A DNA stretch of 64,000 bases, taken from assembly GCA_934121905.1 (NCBI GenBank), contig CAKOVI010000001.1, positions 303,700 through 367,699 on the forward strand, given 5' to 3'. The position numbers and the translations under genes are program-made. Below the pieces are notes generated by a model, which made no database searches, had not been told where the DNA came from, and was given only the letters and a program-made list of their open reading frames with translations. This stretch comes from an uncultured Clostridia bacterium (GTDB taxonomy: Bacteria > Bacillota > Clostridia > TANB77 > CAG-508). Shown in pieces: positions 21,484-32,522 of the stretch (position 1 is its first letter; each line of letters starts with the position of its first letter).

Positions 21484-23202
21484 ATGTTAGATAGAAACAT
21501 AAAATTCGAAAATTTAAAAGAAATGATGACAATTTCATCAGAAAAATTTGGTGAAGAAACAGCTTTTTACAGAGATGGAAAAGGTTTAGAAGATTCAAAA
21601 AAAACAACATACAAAGAATTTTTCTATGAGATAAATAGTCTAGGTACAGCTATGGTAGAAATGGGATTAAAAGGAAAAAGAATTGCGGTAATTGGAGAAA
21701 ATAGATATGAGTGGGAACTAGCATATTTAGCAGTAGCAACTGGTACTGGAATAATTGTTCCATTAGATAAAGCATTACCAGAAAATGAAATAGAAAGCTT
21801 GATAATTCGTTCAGAAGTTGAAGCCATTTTCTATTCAAAAAAATATGATGAATGTATGGCTAAAATACAAAAACAAGGAAATACAAAATTAAAATATTTT
21901 ATATCTATGGACTTAGAAAAAAATGATTTTAATAAATATTCACAAAAAGAAATAACTGCCAAAGGAAAAGAATTATTAGAAAAAGGAAATAGAGAATTTG
22001 TTGACTGTAAAATTAATAATGAAGATATGGCAATAATGCTATTTACATCAGGTACAACAAATCAATCTAAGGCAGTTATGTTATCACAAAAAAATATTTG
22101 TACAAATATTCATGATATAAGAAATGTTTTTGAGCTTGATGAAACTGATCGATTCTTATCATTTTTGCCTTTACACCATACATTTGAATGTACAGTTGGT
22201 TTTTTATATCCATTATCAATTGGTGGAAGTATTATATTTTCAAAAGGTGTTAGACATATTGCAGATGAACTTAAAAATTTCAAAATAACAGCAATGATAT
22301 GTGTCCCTGTTGTGTTTGAAAAAATGTATGATAAATTAATGAAAACAATTGAAGAAAAAGGAAAATTAAAAACAGTAAAAAAAGGTATAAAATTAAGCAA
22401 TTGCTTATTAAAAGTTGGAATAGATATAAGAAAAAAATTATTTAAAGAAATACATGATAATCTAGGTGGATGCCTAAGAGTGATGGTTGCAGGAGGAGCA
22501 GCTTTATCTCCAGAAAAAGAAAAAGGTTTCTGGGATTTGGGATTTAATGTATTACAAGGATATGGTTTAACAGAAACATCACCTGTAATTGCAGCTGAAC
22601 TAACTAAACAAAAAAGATTAGGTTCTATAGGAAAGAAATTTCCAAGTGTAGAAATAAAAATAGAAAATCCAAATGAAGAAGGTGTTGGAGAACTTTTAGC
22701 AAAAGGAAAATCTGTAATGCTTGGATATTACAAAAATGATGAAGCTAATAAAGAAGTATTTACAGATGATGGCTGGTTCCATACAGGAGATTTAGCTAAA
22801 ATAGATAAAGATGGGTACATATATATTTCAGGAAGAAAGAAATTTGTAATTGTATTAAAAAATGGAAAAAATGTATATCCAGAAGAAATTGAAACTTTAA
22901 TTGAAAAATCCGAATTAGTAAAAGAATGCATGGTATTTGGAATGCCTGCAAGAGATGGTGATGTTACTTTAGCTGTAAAGGTATGTTATGACAAAGATTA
23001 CATTAGTAAAAACCTTGGAAATATAACAGAAGAAGAAATAAAAGAAAAAATATGGAATTGGGTAAAAGACGTTAATAAAACTATGCCAAAATACAAATAT
23101 GTAAAAAAACTATTACTAACAGACAAAGAACTTGTAAAAACAACAACTTTGAAGATAAAAAGAAACGTAGAAATGGAACAAATTATGAAAAACTTAAAAT
23201 AA
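21484..23202 (+). CDS. Long-chain fatty-acid--CoA ligase (AMP-binding enzyme family)
   Basis: AMP-binding motifs LFTSGTTNQSKAVMLS, GYGLTETS and GWFHTGDLAKIDKDGYIYISGRKK. Translationally coupled to the TetR gene. Confidence 0.8.
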   Translation: MLDRNIKFENLKEMMTISSEKFGEETAFYRDGKGLEDSKKTTYKEFFYEINSLGTAMVEMGLKGKRIAVIGENRYEWELAYLAVATGTGIIVPLDKALPENEIESLIIRSEVEAIFYSKKYDECMAKIQKQGNTKLKYFISMDLEKNDFNKYSQKEITAKGKELLEKGNREFVDCKINNEDMAIMLFTSGTTNQSKAVMLSQKNICTNIHDIRNVFELDETDRFLSFLPLHHTFECTVGFLYPLSIGGSIIFSKGVRHIADELKNFKITAMICVPVVFEKMYDKLMKTIEEKGKLKTVKKGIKLSNCLLKVGIDIRKKLFKEIHDNLGGCLRVMVAGGAALSPEKEKGFWDLGFNVLQGYGLTETSPVIAAELTKQKRLGSIGKKFPSVEIKIENPNEEGVGELLAKGKSVMLGYYKNDEANKEVFTDDGWFHTGDLAKIDKDGYIYISGRKKFVIVLKNGKNVYPEEIETLIEKSELVKECMVFGMPARDGDVTLAVKVCYDKDYISKNLGNITEEEIKEKIWNWVKDVNKTMPKYKYVKKLLLTDKELVKTTTLKIKRNVEMEQIMKNLK

Positions 23203-23347
23203 AATGTAACGAATTTGTAATATTTTTGTTACATAAATGTAAAGAAAAGTTTAAGAAAATTCCTTGTAGTTTTTAGGGGAGTGGTGTATAATAAAAATGA
23301 ATTATGTAGAAACTACGTTAAAAAATAACAAAGGAGGGAAGTTTACA

Positions 23348-24301
23348 ATGTCTAAGTCTGGCATAGTAAATGTGAGAATGGTAATCACAGAAGAGAAAAT
23401 AATATCGAATATAGATAAAGTTCAAAAACTTATAAATCCTAACAACAAGAAAAAAATTATTCAACTAGAAGAAGATACATATTTTAAAGATTTGATAGAA
23501 TCTATAAAGACATATTTAATAGAATATCCTAAAAAGAAAAATTTCCCTGCAAGTGTGTATAATGCTGCTTACGGCTTGGTTGAATTCGCTATAAATCAAT
23601 TTGAAGAAAATACAAAAAAAGTCGAAGAATTGATTAAACAAAGAGAAGAAAACATAGCTCTTGCCGGAAATTTAAATGAACTAATAGAAGCGGTAGATAA
23701 TAAAGAAGATGGATGGAAAGAACAAGTTGAAGAAGCAAAAGATAAATATCCAGAAGAAATTATTGAGAGTTTAGCTATAGTTGGAAGATGTAAAGGAAAA
23801 ACTTCTCAAAAATACAATGATGCAATGAAGATTTTAAAAGCAAAGGCAAATAACTTGGAATCTAATTTACATATAGAAATAGATATGGAGAGATTAGAAG
23901 ATAGCTCAAAGGCATTAAGTTTTATAGGAATAGAAATATCAGATGCTTTGAAACTAATACCTGCACCAGAAGAAAGAGTCGAGAATATTGAAGAGGAAGT
24001 AATCAAGGAAAACAATGTTCAAGAAGTTAAGGAAACACGTAAAAAGGCTAAAAATAAAGTTAAAGCAAATATACAGAATATTGAAGAAAACGAGAATGTT
24101 CAAAGAAATGAGCAAAATAATGTACAAGAGCAAAAACTTGAAGAATATAAAAAGCAGACAACATTCAAAACAAAAACATCATTCTGGCAAAAAGTTAAAA
24201 ATAATAAAGTTTTCAGAGCAGCAACTTATATATTTAGAATTAGGATTAGAATTGAATTACCAAGTAATGCACTTCCAGAGGGAAGAGGAGAAGACAATTA
24301 A
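23348..24301 (+). CDS. Hypothetical coiled-coil, Glu/Lys-rich protein
   Basis: RBS aaaggagggaagtttacaATG. Charged low-complexity C-terminal half. Followed by a terminator hairpin at 24305-24340. Confidence 0.45.
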   Translation: MSKSGIVNVRMVITEEKIISNIDKVQKLINPNNKKKIIQLEEDTYFKDLIESIKTYLIEYPKKKNFPASVYNAAYGLVEFAINQFEENTKKVEELIKQREENIALAGNLNELIEAVDNKEDGWKEQVEEAKDKYPEEIIESLAIVGRCKGKTSQKYNDAMKILKAKANNLESNLHIEIDMERLEDSSKALSFIGIEISDALKLIPAPEERVENIEEEVIKENNVQEVKETRKKAKNKVKANIQNIEENENVQRNEQNNVQEQKLEEYKKQTTFKTKTSFWQKVKNNKVFRAATYIFRIRIRIELPSNALPEGRGEDN

Positions 24302-24420
24302 TAAAGAACGGGACTAAATTAATTTGGTCTCGTTTTTTGAATTAAAAAGAAATATATTGTGGAGCATAACAATACATTTAGAAAAATAAAAAAGTAGTCA
24401 CTCATGACTACTTTTAAATA

Positions 24421-24497
24421 TGGTGCTCCTTCAAGGATTCGAACCTTGGACCCACCGGTTATGAGCCGGTTGCTCTGACCAACTGAGCTAAAGGAGC
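24421..24497 (-). tRNA. tRNA-Met (anticodon CAT), could also be tRNA-Ile2-lysidine
   Basis: Reverse complement GCTCCTTTAGCTCAGTTGGTCAGAGCAACCGGCTCATAACCGGTGGGTCCAAGGTTCGAATCCTTGAAGGAGCACCA folds as a cloverleaf with a 7-bp acceptor stem, CTCATAA anticodon loop and encoded CCA. Confidence 0.85.
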
Positions 24498-24613
24498 ATT
24501 TCCTAACGACATGCCCTAGTATATAATATATTTATTTTTTTGTCAATAGATTTGTCGAAAATTTTTAAAAAAAATCCGATAAATAAAAAGCGAACAAATT
24601 TTTATGAAAATAT

Positions 24614-24648
24614 TGACAAAATAATTTTTAGAGTTTATAATGTGAAAA
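24614..24648 (+). promoter_or_regulatory. Consensus sigma-A promoter upstream of the small ORF and ftsEX
   Basis: TTGACA, 17-nt spacer, TATAAT. Confidence 0.55.
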
Positions 24649-24755
24649 AGTTAAATCATTTAACTCAAAATCAAATTTTTATATCTTATAAAATTAAAAA
24701 TCAAAAAGATACTCTTAGTAAAACGTAATATCTTTGTAGTAAGGGAGGGAGAAGT

Positions 24756-24890
24756 ATGGAAGAAAAAAGAATTGAAAATCTATTATTAGAAATAATAGAA
24801 AAAATAGAAATAAGAGATGAATTATTAATAGATTTAACAAAAGAAATAGCACTATTAAAATTAAAAATCGAAGAACAATACAAATTGTAA
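24756..24890 (+). CDS. Small hypothetical protein (44 aa)
   Basis: RBS taagggagggagaagtATG. Helical Glu/Leu/Ile-rich peptide. Confidence 0.3.
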   Translation: MEEKRIENLLLEIIEKIEIRDELLIDLTKEIALLKLKIEEQYKL

Positions 24891-24984
24891 ATTTTTCGTA
24901 AATACTATTGAAAAAAAAAGCATTTATTGTTATGATAATAATGATTAAATATAATAATGTAAACAAAAGGAGAACAAAAGGAAA

Positions 24985-25668
24985 ATGATAGAATTTAGAA
25001 ATGTTACAAAGACATACGATACAGGTACAAAAGCAGTTAAAAATGCTAATTTTCTAATAGAAAAAGGAGAATTTTGCTTTCTAGTAGGAACATCAGGAAG
25101 TGGAAAATCCACACTAATAAAACTTATTTTAAAAGAAGAAGAACCAACATCTGGAAATATAATAATAAATGGAAAAGATACAACATTTATAAAACCAAAC
25201 AGAGTACCATATTTAAGAAGAAGTATGGGAGTAGTATTTCAAGACTTTAGACTATTACCAGACAAAACAGTATATGATAATGTTGCATATGCAATGTATA
25301 TAGTTAGGGCAACACAAAGACATATACGTAGACAAGTACCAATGGTATTATCATTAGTAGGTTTAAGCCAAAAAGCCAAAATGTATCCACACGAATTATC
25401 TGGAGGAGAACAACAAAGAGTAGCTCTAGCAAGAGCATTAGTAAACAATCCATCAATGTTAATAGCAGACGAGCCAACAGGAAATCTAGACCCAGATACA
25501 GCTTGGGATATAATGAACTTATTAAACGATATAAATATGAGAGGAACAACAGTAGTGGTTGCAACACACGCCAAAGATATAGTAGACAAAATGAAAAAAA
25601 GGGTAATACATATCGAAAAAGGCGAAATTATAAGAGATGATAAAAAAGGTGGTTATGATGAGATATAA
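24985..25668 (+). CDS. ftsE: Cell-division ABC transporter ATP-binding protein FtsE
   Basis: Walker A GTSGSGKST, ABC signature LSGGEQQRVALARAL, Walker B LIADEPTGNLD. Confidence 0.9.
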   Translation: MIEFRNVTKTYDTGTKAVKNANFLIEKGEFCFLVGTSGSGKSTLIKLILKEEEPTSGNIIINGKDTTFIKPNRVPYLRRSMGVVFQDFRLLPDKTVYDNVAYAMYIVRATQRHIRRQVPMVLSLVGLSQKAKMYPHELSGGEQQRVALARALVNNPSMLIADEPTGNLDPDTAWDIMNLLNDINMRGTTVVVATHAKDIVDKMKKRVIHIEKGEIIRDDKKGGYDEI

Positions 25669-26557
25669 TGTATTAACCTATTTAATAGGAGAAGGACTTT
25701 CAAATATATTTAAAAATAAAAAACAAGCAGCAACATCTTTTGGAACGATGTGTGTAATAATGATATTTTTTGGAATATGCTTTATGCTAGTTGGAAATTT
25801 TAATAATTTCATAAAACAAGTAGAATCAGTTCAGGGAATACAAGTTTATATAACAAAAGGAGCAACAGATGACGATGTAAAAACATTAGGAGAACAAATA
25901 AAAGCATTAAATGGTGTAAACACAGTTGAATTTGTATCTAAAGAAGAAGGATTGCAACACATGAAAGACAAATTTGGCGAAAAATCATATTTGCTTGATA
26001 TCTATGATGAAAGCAATGTTATCCCAGATTCATATGTTGTCACACTTACAGACTTAAGTTTAAGTTCAACTGTACAAACAGAAATAAACGAATTACAAAA
26101 TGTAAAAAAAATAACAAGCAGTGATGAAACTGCAGAAACACTTGTTAGAATAGCAAAAGGAGTAAAAATAGGAAGTTATATAATAATTATTGCACTTGTA
26201 TGTGTAAGTGTATTTATAATATCAAACACAATAAAACTTACAGTATATGCAAGAAGAAAAGAAATTTCAATCATGAAATATGTTGGAGCAACAAATAGTT
26301 TTATAAGATGGCCATTTATAGTTGAGGGAATAATAATTGGACTAATATCAGGAGCAATTTCACTTGCAATAATTGCAGGATTGTATATTGCAATTAGCCA
26401 AAATGTAGGATTTATAAGCTTTTTATCAAAAATAGGACTAAGTTTATTAGATTTTAGTGATATGTTTAATTTAATATTTATAGTTTATTTAGGATTAGGA
26501 GTAGGAATTGGTATACTTGGAAGTAGTTTATCAATGAGAAAATATTTAAAAGTATAG
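25658..26557 (+). CDS. ftsX: Cell-division permease FtsX
   Basis: Overlaps the ftsE stop. N-terminal TM, large extracellular loop, C-terminal three-TM FtsX domain. Confidence 0.85.
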   Translation: MRYNVLTYLIGEGLSNIFKNKKQAATSFGTMCVIMIFFGICFMLVGNFNNFIKQVESVQGIQVYITKGATDDDVKTLGEQIKALNGVNTVEFVSKEEGLQHMKDKFGEKSYLLDIYDESNVIPDSYVVTLTDLSLSSTVQTEINELQNVKKITSSDETAETLVRIAKGVKIGSYIIIIALVCVSVFIISNTIKLTVYARRKEISIMKYVGATNSFIRWPFIVEGIIIGLISGAISLAIIAGLYIAISQNVGFISFLSKIGLSLLDFSDMFNLIFIVYLGLGVGIGILGSSLSMRKYLKV

Positions 26558-26579
26558 AATGAAAAAGGAGGATTTTAAA

Positions 26580-27725
26580 ATGCGAAAAATATGTAAAAGT
26601 ATAATGATTTGCACATTTCTTTGCACATTTTCCTTCGTTTCCTATGCAGCAGATTTAAATGAATTACAAAACCAAAAAAATGAAATACAAACGCAAATAG
26701 ATGAAAGTAATTCACAATTAAATGATGTTAATGATGAGCTAACAGACAATTTAAAACAGATACAAAAATTAGACGAAAGTATTCAAAGTTCAGAAGAAAA
26801 TATAGAAAAACTAAATGAAGAAATTACTAAAAAAGAAAATGAAATTCAGCAAATAGAAAGCGAATTAAAAAAAGTAACTGAAAAATATAATACGCAAAAG
26901 GCTTTACTAGATGAAAGACTAGTAGAAATGTATGAAAATGATAATGTAAAATATTTAGATGTAATACTAAAATCCAAAAGCTTTTCGGATTTTGTATCAA
27001 ATTATTACATAATTTCAGAACTTACAGAGTATGATATGGATTTGTTAGAAATTGTTGATGACCAAAGAAAAGAAATAGAACAAAAAAATTTAAAATTAAG
27101 TTCACAAAAAGATAGTTTAGAACAAGAAAAATCAACTCAGAAAAAAACACAAATAGCATTATCAAATACCAAAGTTTTAAGGAAAAATTATGTATTAAAA
27201 CTTAGCCAAGAAGAACAAGATTTACAAGCAAAAATTGATGAATATAACAATCAAGTAAATCAGATTGAGGAAGAGATAAAAAAATTAGCAGTTACTGCAA
27301 GCTTTGGAGAAGAATATAGAGGCGGAACAATGCAATGGCCAATATATGGACATTATACTATAACATCAAATTATGGAATGAGAACACACCCAATAACGGG
27401 AGTGTATAAACTACATACAGGGGTAGACATAAGTGCAACAATTGGCTCGGATTTCACAGCAATTGCAGATGGAATTGTTGTAAAGGCAGAATATAATGGG
27501 GCATATGGAAATATGGTTATTATTGACCATGGAGGAGGAGTTCAAACTCTTTATGCACATGGTTCTCAAATAATAGCACAGGTTGGACAAGAAGTAAAAG
27601 CAGGAGATATTGTATTAAAGGTTGGATCAACAGGATATTCGACAGGACCTCACGCACATTTTGAGGTAAGGATTAATGGTTCGCCAGTAAATCCATTAGA
27701 TTATGTTTCAATACCACAAGAATAA
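26580..27725 (+). CDS. EnvC-like coiled-coil M23 (LytM) peptidase
   Basis: Signal peptide, long coiled coil, C-terminal M23 motifs HTGVDISA and GSTGYSTGPHAHFEV. Adjacent to ftsEX. Confidence 0.8.
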   Translation: MRKICKSIMICTFLCTFSFVSYAADLNELQNQKNEIQTQIDESNSQLNDVNDELTDNLKQIQKLDESIQSSEENIEKLNEEITKKENEIQQIESELKKVTEKYNTQKALLDERLVEMYENDNVKYLDVILKSKSFSDFVSNYYIISELTEYDMDLLEIVDDQRKEIEQKNLKLSSQKDSLEQEKSTQKKTQIALSNTKVLRKNYVLKLSQEEQDLQAKIDEYNNQVNQIEEEIKKLAVTASFGEEYRGGTMQWPIYGHYTITSNYGMRTHPITGVYKLHTGVDISATIGSDFTAIADGIVVKAEYNGAYGNMVIIDHGGGVQTLYAHGSQIIAQVGQEVKAGDIVLKVGSTGYSTGPHAHFEVRINGSPVNPLDYVSIPQE

Positions 27726-27755
27726 AATACTTTAGACAAAGAAAGGGAATTTATT

Positions 27756-29045
27756 ATGGTAAAAAAATTAAAAATACTAGTTATAGGAATGATAATTGTA
27801 ATTACTGTAGCATATACTAATATGAGTATAGCAACAAGTAAAACAGATTTGCAAAATGAAAAAACAAACTTAAACAGTTCGATTTCACAAGCACAAGAAA
27901 ACCTAGAAGATATAAAAAAGGAAAAATCTGATACATTAAATCAGGTTGAGTCATTAATGGGAAAAATATCTGATTATCAAGATGAAATAGACGATTTAGA
28001 TTCTAAGATTTCAAGTTTACAAAAACAAATAAAAGAGGCAGAAGCAAAGATAAAAGAAGATGAAGAAGAACAGAAAAAACAAAAAACAGCTTTAGATGAA
28101 AAAATTATTACATTATATGAAAATGGTGATACATCATATTTAGATGTTTTGCTATCTTCAAATGGATTAATGGACTTTATATCTAGTTGTTATATGCTTT
28201 CAGAATTAACAGCATATGATACTGAAATGATACAACAAGTAGAAGAACACCAAAAACAAATAGAGAAAGAAAAAAGTGATTTAGAAAACAATAAGAATTC
28301 TTTAAATGAAGCTAAAACAACAAAGGAATCCAAAGCAGAAGCTCTAAAAGTTGCTAAGAAAGAAAAAGAAGAAAAAGCAAGTCAACTTTCAGATGAGGAA
28401 AAATCAACTCAAAAAGAAATTGAAGAAATGTTAGAAGATAAAGCTATTATTGATAAAGAATTACAAAAAATAGCTAAAGAGGAAGCAGAAAGACTTGAAC
28501 GTGAAAGAAAAGCAAGGGAAGAAGAAGAAAGAAAGAAAAATAGTAGCAAAAATAATTCATCATCAAACTCTTCAAGTAATTCATCTAGTTCAGATATTAT
28601 AAGCAATCCAAGTACATCAGGATTTATTTTCCCTGTCGCAGGTTGCAGTAAATCCAATATAAGAGTATTGTCATATCCATCTTATGCAGGTCATACAGGT
28701 GTAGACGTAAATATAGGAGTTACAGGAAAGACAGTTGTTGCAGCCAAAGCAGGAACAGTTGTCACATCAAAAGCATTAAAAAACTCAAATGGAGATTATA
28801 GAAGTTATGGAGAATATGTAACAATAAATCATGGAGATGGAACAGTTACATTATATGCACATATGCTTGCAGGTTCAAGAAAAGTAACATCTGGACAAAA
28901 AGTTTCACAAGGTCAAGCAATTGGTACAGTTGGTTCTACTGGAAATTCAACAGGAACGCACTTGCATTTTGAAGTACAAGTGCTTACAAATTCGGGAGGT
29001 ACATATAAATTTAAACCGGTAAATCCAATACCATATTTACCATAA
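27756..29045 (+). CDS. Second coiled-coil M23 (LytM) peptidase with a Ser/Asn-rich linker
   Basis: Coiled coil, low-complexity SSNSSSNSSSS linker, M23 motifs HTGVDV and GSTGNSTGTHLHFEV. Terminator hairpin at 29060-29100. Confidence 0.8.
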   Translation: MVKKLKILVIGMIIVITVAYTNMSIATSKTDLQNEKTNLNSSISQAQENLEDIKKEKSDTLNQVESLMGKISDYQDEIDDLDSKISSLQKQIKEAEAKIKEDEEEQKKQKTALDEKIITLYENGDTSYLDVLLSSNGLMDFISSCYMLSELTAYDTEMIQQVEEHQKQIEKEKSDLENNKNSLNEAKTTKESKAEALKVAKKEKEEKASQLSDEEKSTQKEIEEMLEDKAIIDKELQKIAKEEAERLERERKAREEEERKKNSSKNNSSSNSSSNSSSSDIISNPSTSGFIFPVAGCSKSNIRVLSYPSYAGHTGVDVNIGVTGKTVVAAKAGTVVTSKALKNSNGDYRSYGEYVTINHGDGTVTLYAHMLAGSRKVTSGQKVSQGQAIGTVGSTGNSTGTHLHFEVQVLTNSGGTYKFKPVNPIPYLP

Positions 29046-29135
29046 TAAAAATAAATTTATTGAAGAAAGACAGTAAAATGGAAGGAGGTTATTTAAGAGG
29101 CTCTTAAGTACTTAGAGCCTTTTAAATAAATCAAA

Positions 29136-30374
29136 ATGGAAAATAAGAAAAATAGAATTTATAAAACTATAATGTTAGTTGTATTAACTGCATTTTTAAC
29201 ATTTATGATAACAGCGTTTTCAATGTATTCATACTATAATGAATCATCAGCAATATCATTATTTAATACTACATCAAAAAGCAATGAAAATGTAACAAGT
29301 GATATAGACTTAGAAAAATATTTAAAAAGAATAAAGGCAACAATAAATAAGTATTATTTGTGGAATGACAAAATAGATGAAACAAAGCTTCAAGATGGAG
29401 CAATTAAAGGATATGTTGAAGGTTTAGGAGATGAATATACTGAATATATTCCAGCAGATGAAATGGAAGAATACACAGAAAATATAACAGGAAATTTCGT
29501 TGGAATAGGTATTTATATGGTAGCAGATGAAACATCTGGAAGAGTGGTCGTATATTATCCAATCCCAGAAAGTCCAGCTGAAAAAGCAGGAATAAAAGCA
29601 GGAGATAAAATAATAAGTGTAGATGGAACAGAATATACATCAAGTGATTTTAGTACAATTGCAGATTATATAAAAGGCAAAGAAGGAACAAAGGTTAACT
29701 TAGTAGTAGAAAGAGGCGAAGAGAGATTAACTTTTGAAATAACAAGAGAAAAGATAAATACAAACCCAATTACTATTGAAATGTTAGAAAACAACATAGG
29801 ATATTTAAAATTACCAAGTTTTGATGAAGATACAGCAACAGATTTTGAAGAAAAAGTCAAAGAATTACAAGAAAAAGGTGCAAAAAGTTTAATAATAGAT
29901 TTGCGTAATAATGGTGGAGGAATAGTAACTGAGGCAACAGAGATTGCGGATATGTTGCTAAAAAAGGGTGAAACAATAATATCAACTGTTGACAATAAAG
30001 GAAATAAAGAAATTACATATTCAGAAAATGAACCCAAATTCACCATGCCAGTAGTGTTATTAACAAATGAAAATTCAGCAAGTGCATCTGAAATTCTAGC
30101 ATGTAGTCTTAAAGACAATGAAAGAGGTAAAATTATTGGAACAAAAACATATGGAAAAGGCATAATCCAAACATTACTATCTTTAAAGGACGGAAGTGGT
30201 TTAAAAATCACAACAGAAGAATACTATACACCTAAAGGAACAACAATTCACAAAGTTGGAATTACACCAGATGAAGAAGTAAAACTTCCAGATACAGTAA
30301 AAAGTATATATGCAGTATCTAAAGATGAAGATACACAACTAGCAAAAGCAATAGAAACATTAAAAAATCAATAA
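29136..30374 (+). CDS. ctpA: Carboxy-terminal processing protease (S41 family, PDZ domain)
   Basis: N-terminal TM, PDZ region (GIGIYM...SPAEKAGIKAGDKIISVDG) and S41 catalytic region (LVLLTNENSASASEILA...TYGKG). Confidence 0.8.
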   Translation: MENKKNRIYKTIMLVVLTAFLTFMITAFSMYSYYNESSAISLFNTTSKSNENVTSDIDLEKYLKRIKATINKYYLWNDKIDETKLQDGAIKGYVEGLGDEYTEYIPADEMEEYTENITGNFVGIGIYMVADETSGRVVVYYPIPESPAEKAGIKAGDKIISVDGTEYTSSDFSTIADYIKGKEGTKVNLVVERGEERLTFEITREKINTNPITIEMLENNIGYLKLPSFDEDTATDFEEKVKELQEKGAKSLIIDLRNNGGGIVTEATEIADMLLKKGETIISTVDNKGNKEITYSENEPKFTMPVVLLTNENSASASEILACSLKDNERGKIIGTKTYGKGIIQTLLSLKDGSGLKITTEEYYTPKGTTIHKVGITPDEEVKLPDTVKSIYAVSKDEDTQLAKAIETLKNQ

Positions 30375-30403
30375 AATCAAATAAAATGAAAGGAAAAATT
30401 AAA

Positions 30404-31042
30404 ATGAATTTGCCAAATAAGTTAACAATATTTAGAATAATACTTGTACCAATAATGGTATTAATTCCGTTTTTTAACATACAAGGAGAATTTTTAGGAA
30501 TACCAATTACATATTTAATAATAGATTTAATATTTATAATAGCATCAATAACCGATAAATTAGATGGAACTATTGCAAGGAAAAAGAATTTAGTAACAAC
30601 ATTTGGCAAATTCTTGGATCCAATAGCAGACAAAATATTAGTGTTAGCGGCATTAATAATGTTAGTAGACTTTGGAAAAATACCAGCATGGATTCCTATA
30701 ATAATACTATTTAGAGAATTTGTGGTTTCAGGATATAGACTAATTGCTTCACAAAATGGAGGGGAAGTTATTGCGGCATCTATATGGGGAAAACTAAAAA
30801 CAGTAACACAAATGATTGCAATAATCTTATGCTTTATAGATAAATTCTCATTTGGAGATTTTATATTTAGAGTTTCAACTAAAGCTGAAATGCTTGCACA
30901 ATCAGCTGCTATTTATATGACAACAGGGCAATATATAATAAACATAGCTACAACAGTTATGCTAGTAATATGTGTTATAGCAACAATATTTTCAGGATGG
31001 GATTATTTAAAAGGTGGTAAAGACTTATTAAAAGATAAATAG
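30404..31042 (+). CDS. pgsA: CDP-diacylglycerol--glycerol-3-phosphate 3-phosphatidyltransferase
   Basis: CDP-alcohol phosphatidyltransferase motif DxxDGxxAR...G...D.AD (DKLDGTIARKKNLVTTFGKFLDPIADK). Confidence 0.8.
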   Translation: MNLPNKLTIFRIILVPIMVLIPFFNIQGEFLGIPITYLIIDLIFIIASITDKLDGTIARKKNLVTTFGKFLDPIADKILVLAALIMLVDFGKIPAWIPIIILFREFVVSGYRLIASQNGGEVIAASIWGKLKTVTQMIAIILCFIDKFSFGDFIFRVSTKAEMLAQSAAIYMTTGQYIINIATTVMLVICVIATIFSGWDYLKGGKDLLKDK

Positions 31043-31053
31043 AAGGTGGTAAA

Positions 31054-31899
31054 ATGACAATAAAAGAACTATTAAATCAAGCAGTAATAATGCTAAAAAA
31101 CGAGAATATAGATGCACCTAAAAACAAAGCAAGAATGTTGTTAGAGGCTACTTTAAAAAAAACAAGAGAATATTTAATGATATATGATACAAAAGAAATT
31201 ACCTCAATAGAAAGAGACAAATATATAAGAAATGTAAAAAGATTAATTGCAGGTGAACCACTTCAATATATAACTGGAAAACAAGAATTTATGAAATTAA
31301 ATTTTCTTGTAACAAAAGATGTATTAATACCAAGGGCAGATACAGAAATCCTAGTAGAAGAAGTTATTAAAATTGCAGAAAACAAAACAAATCCTGTTAT
31401 TTTAGATATGTGTACAGGAAGTGGAGCAATAGCAGTATCGCTTGCAAAATATGTAAAAAACGTAAAAGTTTATGCAATAGATATAAGTGAAAAAGCATTA
31501 GAAATAGCAAAGAAAAATGCCGAATTTAATGGAGTAAAAAATAATATTAAATTCATAGAATCAAATTTATTTGATAAAATAAAAGATAAAAAGTTTGACA
31601 TAATAGTATCTAATCCTCCATATATAGAAACAGATACAATAAAAAAACTAACAAAAGATGTTCAAAATGAACCTAAAATAGCTTTAGATGGTGGAAAAGA
31701 TGGCTTAGATTTTTACAGAAAAATTGCAGACAATGGATACAAATTTTTAAATAGACAAGGATATATATGCCTAGAAATAGGATATAATCAAAGAATAGCA
31801 GTTAGGAAAATTATGGAAAATAAAAAGAGATATGTTAATATAAAATGTTTAAAAGACTTATGTGGAAATGATAGAGTTATAACTGCACAAATTGGATAA
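31054..31899 (+). CDS. prmC: Release-factor glutamine N5-methyltransferase PrmC (HemK)
   Basis: SAM-binding LDMCTGSGAIAV and the catalytic NPPY motif (VSNPPYI). Terminator hairpin at 31930-31985. Confidence 0.8.
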   Translation: MTIKELLNQAVIMLKNENIDAPKNKARMLLEATLKKTREYLMIYDTKEITSIERDKYIRNVKRLIAGEPLQYITGKQEFMKLNFLVTKDVLIPRADTEILVEEVIKIAENKTNPVILDMCTGSGAIAVSLAKYVKNVKVYAIDISEKALEIAKKNAEFNGVKNNIKFIESNLFDKIKDKKFDIIVSNPPYIETDTIKKLTKDVQNEPKIALDGGKDGLDFYRKIADNGYKFLNRQGYICLEIGYNQRIAVRKIMENKKRYVNIKCLKDLCGNDRVITAQIG

Positions 31900-32055
31900 T
31901 AAGAATATTAATAAAATAATTGAAAAAATTAATAAATTAGGTATATACTGGAAATAAGATAAGTTCTTTTCCAGTATATTTTTATATACTTTAGAAATAA
32001 TAAATTTAAGCAATAAAAAAATTGCTAAGTTTATGAAAGGATTTGGTGAAAGAAA

Positions 32056-32505
32056 ATGAAAGTTGAAGAATGTATGTGTCAAGATGTATGTTTTGTAAAA
32101 CCAGATTGTAAAGTATATGATGCTGCAAGAATAATGAATGAAAATCATGTTGGATGTATTCCTGTATGTGATGATAGTAAATGTGTTGTTGGTCTTATAA
32201 CAGATAGAGATATCGTTTTAAGAACAGTAGCATGTGATAAAGACTATAAAAATACACCAGTAAGCGAAATAATGACAAGACAAGTATATACCTGTGGTTG
32301 TAAAGAAGATGTATGTCAAGTACAAAAAACAATGTCACAAAATCAAATAAGAAGAATACCAGTTTTAAATGAACAAAACGAGATGGTAGGAATATTAACA
32401 ATTGGAGATTTGGCTCATCATGGAGAGCAAATAGGAGATAAAGAATTTAAAAACACATTAGAAAATATATGTGATTGTAAAGGTTCTATAAAAAACTGTT
32501 GCTAG
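32056..32505 (+). CDS. Tandem CBS-domain protein with a Cys-rich C-terminal tail
   Basis: Two CBS motifs (GCIPVCDDSKCVVGLITDRDIV and RRIPVLNEQNEMVGILTIGDL). Tail CDCKGSIKNCC. Confidence 0.65.
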   Translation: MKVEECMCQDVCFVKPDCKVYDAARIMNENHVGCIPVCDDSKCVVGLITDRDIVLRTVACDKDYKNTPVSEIMTRQVYTCGCKEDVCQVQKTMSQNQIRRIPVLNEQNEMVGILTIGDLAHHGEQIGDKEFKNTLENICDCKGSIKNCC

Positions 32506-32522
32506 GTTCAATTGGTTCAATT

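Noticed and set aside
24015-24317. 100-aa ORF overlapping the 3' end of the 23348..24301 gene
   Set aside because: Alternative frame of a Lys/Glu-rich region. No RBS and no independent support.
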